Under the pieces are notes generated by a model, which was not told where the DNA came from, did no database searches, and saw nothing but the letters and a program-made list of their open reading frames with translations. Both the position numbers and the translations under genes were made by a program. A stretch of DNA of 63,948 nucleotides, filler included, from Collodictyon triciliatum (Eukaryota): NCBI GenBank assembly GCA_043381765.1. It is 5 parts of 5 records of this genome, joined end to end, with 100 filler letters (N's around TTAATTAATTAA, not from the genome) between each part and the next. Parts side by side here need not be neighbours in the genome. Positions count along the whole stretch, not along the records: positions 57,448 to 63,948 come from JBHJMP010001998.1; 4 more parts are not named here. One strand, 5' to 3'. Below are positions 57,751-63,948 of this stretch, piece by piece. The stretch's first letter is position 1. Each line of letters opens with the position of its first letter.

Positions 57751-60700
57751 ATAGATTGCCTGAGAAAGGTTTTTCGGTTTATAACCAAAGACGCTTTCTG
57801 TGACCGGGCCGTACCTCTTGCCTTTTGCCGAAGAGTAATATTGAGCGTCTCGGGCTGTTCCGAAAACGGCCTTTTCACCCCGTGGTCCACTTACGACGTA
57901 ATTCAGGCCCTGTCTGCGGATGACACTGCTTGGCTGTGCGCCTACAAATATAGTGCCCATGTCAGAGTTGACTACTTGCCCCTGGGTCTTGTTGAGGAAA
58001 GTCACACTGCGTCCAGTCACGAGATTGTTGTCGGCGTACTTTGGTTTGTACTTGAGTGGCCAGCTGCCGTCTTTTCGACCGCTTTTAATAAGAGCGTCTA
58101 CCGTGCCTTGAGTGTCGTCTCCACTATAAAAATACTGTATGATCTGTTTCAGTAGTGACGTGTCAGAAGTCAAATCAACATACTCAATGTTAAGCGCTCG
58201 CATTGCGTTCTCAAAAGATTCTGTGCTATCAAAATCATACTCTTCGTTACGCTCCATAACAGCTTCTGTTTCAAAGAATCGTGTAACGTTACGCGCAAAC
58301 CTCGACTGATTTCCGTATTCTCTCTCGTCTCTGACCTGGGCTCTGTTGGGGGCAAAGACGGCCATCTGTGAGCCGAATGGTCCACCAAAGCCGCCTCCGC
58401 CGCCGCCGCCACCGCCACCGCCTCCTCCCCCAAGTCCTACTGGTACATTTGGATTAATAGTTCTAGCTATAAACGGCCCACCACCCGCTTGAGCAAAGTT
58501 TGCCGGCATTGCTTGTTGAGATCCTACTTGTGCTCTTTGTGACATATTAGGAGCAGGATTTAAATTTTGTGGCTGAACTGGTTGTTGGACTGGCTGTTGG
58601 ACTGGTTGTTGTTGTAAGGCAGCGAGTTGTTGATTAGCTAAATTAGCTGCATTTTGGGCTAACTCGGCATTTCTTGTTGCGTTGGTTAAATTAGCAAATA
58701 GCCGATTATTCTCTTCAGTTAGCCGAGTGACTTCTGCTCTCTCAGTTTGTAAGGCAAGATTGGCCCTGTTTGATTTAAAGTTTGCTCTAGCTTCATTTGC
58801 TCTGATAGTTTCATTTTTGGCAGCATTTTCAAACTGGCTTCTTTGTAATTCCAGATTTAGACGGGCATTTTCTTGTTCTAAATTTTCTTTTTGAGTACGC
58901 AAGTCTTGTAATTCAGCTTCTTTTCTGGCAGCTGTACCCCGGTCACCTAGTTGTGCCTGTGGTCCAGCTGCTTGTCTTTGAGCTGCTTGTAATTGAGCTT
59001 CAAGTTTTCTGACCTGTAATCTCGCAGCTATTAGTTCTCTGTTACTTTCTTGTACCCTCTGCGGCGATATGTTAGCAATTGGTACAGGTTGATTATCTGG
59101 ACCAAAAAGATTAACACGAGTACCAGTCCTATCAGCAGGTTCCTGAATACGTACTCTTCTTCGTTCAATAATTTCTTGTTTTGTTTCGGCTGACATTTTT
59201 GGCTTCCACCGAACCATAGCTTGCGATGAGACCGATGTTGTATCTGCGGGTTGTTGTTCAGTTGGATCGGCTGTCTGGCGTCTGCGCTGGCTATCATCAA
59301 TACGCAAGCTATCACCATAAGCTCTTGTTTCATCATCAATGGGAATTAGGTCTACTGCTCCAGGTAGTTCTCCAGGCGCATTGCCGGAAATCTCAGGTTG
59401 TCTCAGAGGTTCTGGTACTGTTGCATTTCCGAAAAAAGGTTTTTGTATCGCAGTAATTTGTTGTACTTGACCGCCTGCACCTTGTGTGCCTTGTATAAAT
59501 AATTGTAGAGTGTCGTCGTCTTCGTCAGCCATGATTGCGTCATTTATTTGATCATCTCCAATTCCCACAGGAGGTCTGGGCGCAGATTGTGTTAACAATG
59601 TATGTGTCAAATCAAAGATTTTATATTGTAGTTCACCAAACTCGATACGTGCGTAATAAATCCACTCTGCCATCTCTTCTTTTTCAGGGTCTTCTGTTGC
59701 GATGATTCCATTCAAGAATTCGATTGTTGCTTGTGCTTCTTCAAGAGCTGTGTCGGGTACATTGGGTGCCTCTAGTAATAACTGAAGATTTTCTATCTGC
59801 GCTTTGAGCTCATCAATATCTTCTTTTTGAGCCCTTTCTGCTTCGGCCATCTGTACCATCTCATCCATGCGCTGTTTGACTGTCTTTACCTTCTTACCTA
59901 TTTCTTTTGGCGCTCTTTCATCGACTCTAAATGTAACTCGTTTCTTTTCTTTTCCTTTGAATGGTGTCTTACTGATAGACATCATAGGACTGGTAGCTAT
60001 TTCATTAAATACCCTGGGAGGTGACTGACGTGGGGTCATAGGACTAAGTGCTATAGAATTGAGTTGCGCAACAGCTTTGCGTGGGGTCATTTGCTGCATC
60101 TGTTGTCTAATTTCTCTGATTCTTTGTTGGTAGCCTTGATGTAGATACTGTTCTCTGTGCTCTGAATCCTTGACTAACGTTTCTAACATTTCTTTGAGTC
60201 TTTCGGAACTCATATCAGATTGTGCTCGTTCTTGTAATTGCTTGGCGAGTTCCTGAATCATAGCATGCTTTCGCTTTAGTTCTTCGTATTCTTTTTTGAG
60301 GGCGTCTCGTTCTTGTACGACTTGCTCGATATCAAAAGACGTGTTTTGCTCTTGTGTTGTTCGTAGGGTCGGGTCAGATTGGGCACTTGCTTCAGAACGA
60401 CTTAATGTTGTCTTGGGTCTGGGTTGTAAAGGCGCTCCGGGTTTAGCAAAGTCACCGCTAAAATTGCGCCCGCCTATTTGTGTTACGGGTCTGACAGGAG
60501 ACACAATAGGAGTTGCTGGTGTTGATTGTACAGGTGTAAAGATGGGTGACTGTGCGGCTGTGAGGTACCCGCCTTGATCGTCAATTCCGGTTGTGTCTGG
60601 GTCATCTGCGTTAACTTGGATGGATGTGTCTAGTGCGCTTTCGAAAGAGATATTCCGACTAGCGACATTGGAAATCAAAGATTGAAGAGAAGTGTCAAGT

Positions 60701-62751
60701 TGTCGTGAAATTTTCTTGGGTGTCAGATGGTCATACACCAGAAACTGTTGATCGAGGATATCGAGTTGTTGATCCAGTAGATCAGCATAATCGTTTAATA
60801 GCAAATCGATCTGTTGTTGTTCTGCGTCTTCGGCCAATTGTTCGACAGCTGCCACACGCACAGCGGCACGTTGTACTTCTGTAAGACTGTTTATCAATGC
60901 TTGTTGATCTCCCAAGAACTCATTTAATGTTGGCTCAATTCCTGGTGATGGTCGGATTTTATTTACTGCTTCCAATTGTTTGCGCAGATTAACAAGGTCT
61001 AATTGTTTTTGAAAACTCAGCGGGACCACGTCACTTCGTACTCCGTATGTTTCTAATTGCTGTTGTAGTGTTTCAAGCTGTGCAGTAAGCCCAGCTATTT
61101 CTTGTTGCTCTGGATTTGTTTTTACTATTGTAGTCAGTAGTTTTTGTTCAGCTAATGCCTGTTTTTTCTGTTCTCGTTCCAATGCTTTTTGCTTTTCAGT
61201 TTCTTCTTGTTTCCTTTTTGCTTCTTCGCGCTGTTGAATACGTTTTAAGCGACGCAGGTCTTCTTCATGTTGTTTAGTTTTCTCTGAATACAATTCTTCG
61301 ATAGCTAGCCTATTAAGCAAAAGAGTTTCGATGGTGGCATAGTTGAAAGGTAAATCAGTTAGACCTTCTTCAATCATTTCATGAAAAGCCACCAACACTT
61401 GTTCTCCACCAAAATGCTCAACGATCATATCGTCAGCTTCTGTTAAAACTTCAGTGGGCGCATCAATCGACGGCAAATCACTGTACTTGATTAACCCTCT
61501 GTCCCGTAGCTTGGCTAGAATTCTGTTGGCGATGAAATGTAAATGGTCGGGCTGTGCTGTGCCTCTTTTACGTAATTGTAGGTAAGGAATGAGAAACACT
61601 TCTTTGTTCCGCATGTATTTCCGTCGTAAGTCATTTCTCCGTTGTAATACTTCGTCTTCCGTGATATCAGGCTCCCATTCACCTTCTTCTTGTTGTTCTT
61701 CTTCTTGTCTCACTGGAACGTCATCACTTTCCGGAGGTGCTGGGCCAGCCGATTGAGCAAACGGCAGCGTAGCCGATTGGACATTTGCAGGTTCAGTTTC
61801 CTCTGGACCAAACACTTTGTTGTAAAAGTTTATTGCTATCTCAATAGCCTGATCTTCGTTGTCTGAAACCTCAAATCCAAATACATTTTTTAACCACAAT
61901 CTTGTATTACGTTCTGATTGTCCAAATGTATCCAGTAACCAGTCTATCTCTTCATTGGCTAATTCATAAGAGCCGAATTTGTCTATTGCTATACGGTTCC
62001 ATGCTGCATTAATTTTATTAGGTCTATCAGGTTCAGGAGCAAACAATGTAGGAAAGTATCTGTATGTTTTTGCCAGCGACGTAACTTTTAAAGGTTCTGG
62101 ATTTAAACGGTCAAATAAGCTCAAGTCTTCGTCGTCGTATTCTTGGTAATAGTCGTCGTCGTCTTCGTCAGAACCCACGTTTATTATTTCTGCAGGTTTT
62201 CGACGTTGTCCAGATGTAGGGGCTGCTGTTGCAGTTGAGAGCTGTGACTCTTCACCGGGTGAACGCACTTGAACTCTCTTGGGTGTGGGTGCCTGAGTTG
62301 AAGGTGGTGCTTCAGGGGGGCCATCGATTTGCGAGGGTTTTTGTTTTCTCAGTGCTTCAGGAATTTCAGGGACGGGCCTAGAAGACTCTGCCCATGCTGT
62401 TGCTAATCTTAATCTAAGAGTTTTATTATCAGGTGGTTTACCTTGTCTGATTCCATAGACTTTAGAAAAGTATTCCTCATTGTAATTTTTTTCGGCCACT
62501 TCTTGCGCGTTTTTAATAGTCCCATATTTAGTAATGGCGATTTCATTTATAATCGCAGCAGATAGGTTTCCAGTGTGGGTTTTTTCACCGTATATAAACC
62601 TTTTAATTTCTGGAATAAGAAGTACCTGACCTGATGTGGCCGCTGATGTATACATCGTTTCAACAAACTCGGTAACTTGTTTTTTTCTCTCTGCTGCCTG
62701 TTCTGCTGTATTTCTTGCTACAGCCAGTTTTCTTTTAGGTGGTGAGCTCAT
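57748..62751 (-). CDS. Giant intronless orphan coiled-coil protein (~1667 aa)
   Basis: 5004-nt uninterrupted ORF from the first ATG (MSSPPKRKL). It has Q/E-rich heptad segments, QQPV repeats and a poly-Gly tract. Confidence 0.9.
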   Translation of the reverse strand: MSSPPKRKLAVARNTAEQAAERKKQVTEFVETMYTSAATSGQVLLIPEIKRFIYGEKTHTGNLSAAIINEIAITKYGTIKNAQEVAEKNYNEEYFSKVYGIRQGKPPDNKTLRLRLATAWAESSRPVPEIPEALRKQKPSQIDGPPEAPPSTQAPTPKRVQVRSPGEESQLSTATAAPTSGQRRKPAEIINVGSDEDDDDYYQEYDDEDLSLFDRLNPEPLKVTSLAKTYRYFPTLFAPEPDRPNKINAAWNRIAIDKFGSYELANEEIDWLLDTFGQSERNTRLWLKNVFGFEVSDNEDQAIEIAINFYNKVFGPEETEPANVQSATLPFAQSAGPAPPESDDVPVRQEEEQQEEGEWEPDITEDEVLQRRNDLRRKYMRNKEVFLIPYLQLRKRGTAQPDHLHFIANRILAKLRDRGLIKYSDLPSIDAPTEVLTEADDMIVEHFGGEQVLVAFHEMIEEGLTDLPFNYATIETLLLNRLAIEELYSEKTKQHEEDLRRLKRIQQREEAKRKQEETEKQKALEREQKKQALAEQKLLTTIVKTNPEQQEIAGLTAQLETLQQQLETYGVRSDVVPLSFQKQLDLVNLRKQLEAVNKIRPSPGIEPTLNEFLGDQQALINSLTEVQRAAVRVAAVEQLAEDAEQQQIDLLLNDYADLLDQQLDILDQQFLVYDHLTPKKISRQLDTSLQSLISNVASRNISFESALDTSIQVNADDPDTTGIDDQGGYLTAAQSPIFTPVQSTPATPIVSPVRPVTQIGGRNFSGDFAKPGAPLQPRPKTTLSRSEASAQSDPTLRTTQEQNTSFDIEQVVQERDALKKEYEELKRKHAMIQELAKQLQERAQSDMSSERLKEMLETLVKDSEHREQYLHQGYQQRIREIRQQMQQMTPRKAVAQLNSIALSPMTPRQSPPRVFNEIATSPMMSISKTPFKGKEKKRVTFRVDERAPKEIGKKVKTVKQRMDEMVQMAEAERAQKEDIDELKAQIENLQLLLEAPNVPDTALEEAQATIEFLNGIIATEDPEKEEMAEWIYYARIEFGELQYKIFDLTHTLLTQSAPRPPVGIGDDQINDAIMADEDDDTLQLFIQGTQGAGGQVQQITAIQKPFFGNATVPEPLRQPEISGNAPGELPGAVDLIPIDDETRAYGDSLRIDDSQRRRQTADPTEQQPADTTSVSSQAMVRWKPKMSAETKQEIIERRRVRIQEPADRTGTRVNLFGPDNQPVPIANISPQRVQESNRELIAARLQVRKLEAQLQAAQRQAAGPQAQLGDRGTAARKEAELQDLRTQKENLEQENARLNLELQRSQFENAAKNETIRANEARANFKSNRANLALQTERAEVTRLTEENNRLFANLTNATRNAELAQNAANLANQQLAALQQQPVQQPVQQPVQPQNLNPAPNMSQRAQVGSQQAMPANFAQAGGGPFIARTINPNVPVGLGGGGGGGGGGGGGGFGGPFGSQMAVFAPNRAQVRDEREYGNQSRFARNVTRFFETEAVMERNEEYDFDSTESFENAMRALNIEYVDLTSDTSLLKQIIQYFYSGDDTQGTVDALIKSGRKDGSWPLKYKPKYADNNLVTGRSVTFLNKTQGQVVNSDMGTIFVGAQPSSVIRRQGLNYVVSGPRGEKAVFGTARDAQYYSSAKGKRYGPVTESVFGYKPKNLSQAIY

Positions 62752-62783
62752 GCTATACCCTAGATTTTTATCTGTGCCCCAGT
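62752..62783. promoter_or_regulatory. Candidate 32-bp bidirectional viral promoter
   Basis: Central AGAT-TTTT-ATCT places ATCT exactly 10 nt before the ATG on both strands. Confidence 0.6.
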
Positions 62784-63143
62784 ATGATTGTAAATTACGC
62801 ACAACGAGGAGCACGAGGGGTAGGGCGATTTCTTACTACATCAACTGACAGAGCGATACGACGACTAGAGGGACTCAACAACGCATATGTGAAACTCGAC
62901 GATGCCAGCATGGGACTGGTCGACAATTTATTGACGAGCACCGGAGTGAAGCCCGCCATCCAGACTATCACCAATCCCCTGGTCAGCACTATCAAGGCAG
63001 CCAATTACCTGGGTAGGGGGCTGAGCACTTTGGGAGACCTGGACATCAAAAAAATGAATACAAAGAGTTGAGGATCTGGCATTCATGACCTGGGGCAGGC
63101 TTATGCGCTGGCCACTCACGGGAGAGAATTGAGATTTAGGTAA
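62784..63143 (+). CDS. Small basic amphipathic viral protein (95 aa, or 119 codons through an internal TGA at 63069-63071)
   Basis: MIVNYAQRGARGVGRFL...KKMNTKS*GSGIHDLGQAYALATHGRELRFR*. The second stop lies in the element's TAAACAAT end motif. Confidence 0.6.
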
Positions 63144-63462
63144 ACAATGCAGATCCCCTGTTAATGTCCTGCGAATCCCCCAGAAGAAAATGGGCATTCG
63201 GGTGTTCCCTTACTTCTTTTAGTCTTGTACCTCTTTGCAAATGTCCTGCAAATCCTTACTTACAAATCCTTAAAATATAGAAAGTCGATGGATAAATATA
63301 CCCTACCCTACCCAATTTCATCTAGGGTAGGGTCCAATTAATAGAATAGTTTGGAGGGCCCTAAAAAGGGACTTGTGCAATAAGTAAAACACAGAGACAT
63401 GCCAGTGCCCATTTTATTCTGGGGGAGTGCGTTTGATCTGAAATTAATTTCTTGGCATATGC

Positions 63463-63948
63463 ATGGAGTATCCTAGCGAGGCAAAGTACATGAAGATTCG
63501 GAACTACAATGATAAAGTTCTGGCCCGTCACACCACCAAAGTAACCCCATTCAATGGCGGAACATTCGGCCCTACCCAGGTTGACTGAATCCTCTGGAAC
63601 ATACCCTCGGAGACGGGGATGGAAATAGACATGGACACGTTGATGATTCACTTTGACGTCACCATTAATCCATCAGCGGGGACAGCTGGCACATACGATT
63701 ATTATTTTAACAACTCGATTGAATCAATTATTCAAGCACTTCGGATCAGAAAGGGAACGTCTTTTTTACTCGAAGATATACAGCGGTATAACTACCTCGA
63801 TTCAATGTTTATGAACTACGTGGCGGACGACTACAACAAGTGCGTGGGTGCAGCGACGATGGGAATCGGAGATGCGTTTGAACGAATCAGGAATCATAAA
63901 CAAGATCAAAATAACTTGGCTTCTGCTCTAGTTGCAAGAAATTATGCG
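63463..63948 (+). pseudogene. PLV-type major capsid protein (double jelly-roll), N-terminal 162 codons, with an in-frame TGA at 63586-63588
   Basis: MEYPSEAKYMK..RHTTKVTPFNGGTFGPTQVD*ILWNIPSETGMEIDMDTLMIHFDV...FNNSIESIIQALRIRKGTSFLLEDIQRYNYLDSMF. The pattern P-x-NG-x-TF-x-P / I-x-[FW]-x-IP / D-x5-F / S-x-I-x2-LRI / LEDI-x2-YN is recognised from PLV capsids. Confidence 0.8.

Larger units (their letters stand above)
57448..63948. mobile_element. Polinton-like virus (probably endogenous), partial
   Basis: Intronless genes with 27- and 32-bp spacers, no host-type microsatellites, a PLV-like capsid N-terminus and shared start/stop motifs. No polymerase, ATPase, integrase or termini fall inside the window. 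Confidence 0.8.

Noticed and set aside
63300-63333. Telomeric repeat (CCCTA/TAGGG)
   Set aside because: Only two to three pentamer units, arranged as an inverted repeat rather than a tandem telomere array.
62928-63651. Minus-strand ORFs 62928-63197 and 63361-63651
   Set aside because: They are antisense to better-supported + strand genes and lack the element's start and stop motifs. The MPIFFWG start merely mirrors the inverted repeat.
57748-63948. TGA=Trp alternative genetic code in the viral element
   Set aside because: The 1667-codon ORF has 8 Trp, all TGG, and no TGA. Point mutation explains the two internal TGAs more simply, although readthrough is not excluded.

Overview
This is an intron-rich, microsatellite-rich eukaryotic genome, probably from a flagellated protist with mitochondria (inference). 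The window is not contiguous. It is five unrelated scaffolds joined by artificial 100-bp N44-TTAATTAATTAA-N44 linkers: 1-14264, 14365-28627, 28728-42988, 43089-57347 and 57448-end. Scaffolds 1-4 carry spliced host genes: LSM7, CDT2/DTL, a JHDM1-type JmjC demethylase, a CDKL kinase, an Atg22-like MFS transporter, succinyl-CoA ligase beta, SAR1, alpha-carbonic anhydrase, methylthioribose kinase, VDAC, SAL1/MET22, dihydroneopterin aldolase, a PAP2 phosphatase, tRNA-Thr(UGU), a RAD51AP1-like protein and an ET-domain protein. Scaffold 5 is different: intronless, tightly packed and free of the host-type microsatellites. It looks like a Polinton-like virus (PLV). It holds a double-jelly-roll-type major capsid gene that the ORF track missed because of an in-frame TGA, an orphan ~1667-aa coiled-coil protein, a small amphipathic protein that is also TGA-interrupted, and a fibre-like gene end. 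It has its own cis-grammar: AT-rich-TCT-N10-ATG before all three visible starts, TAAACAAT at all three visible gene ends, and a 15-bp AT-rich hairpin joining two stop codons. These signals resemble the giant-virus transcription signals used by virophages. Family calls are from motif recognition by eye; no searches were run.
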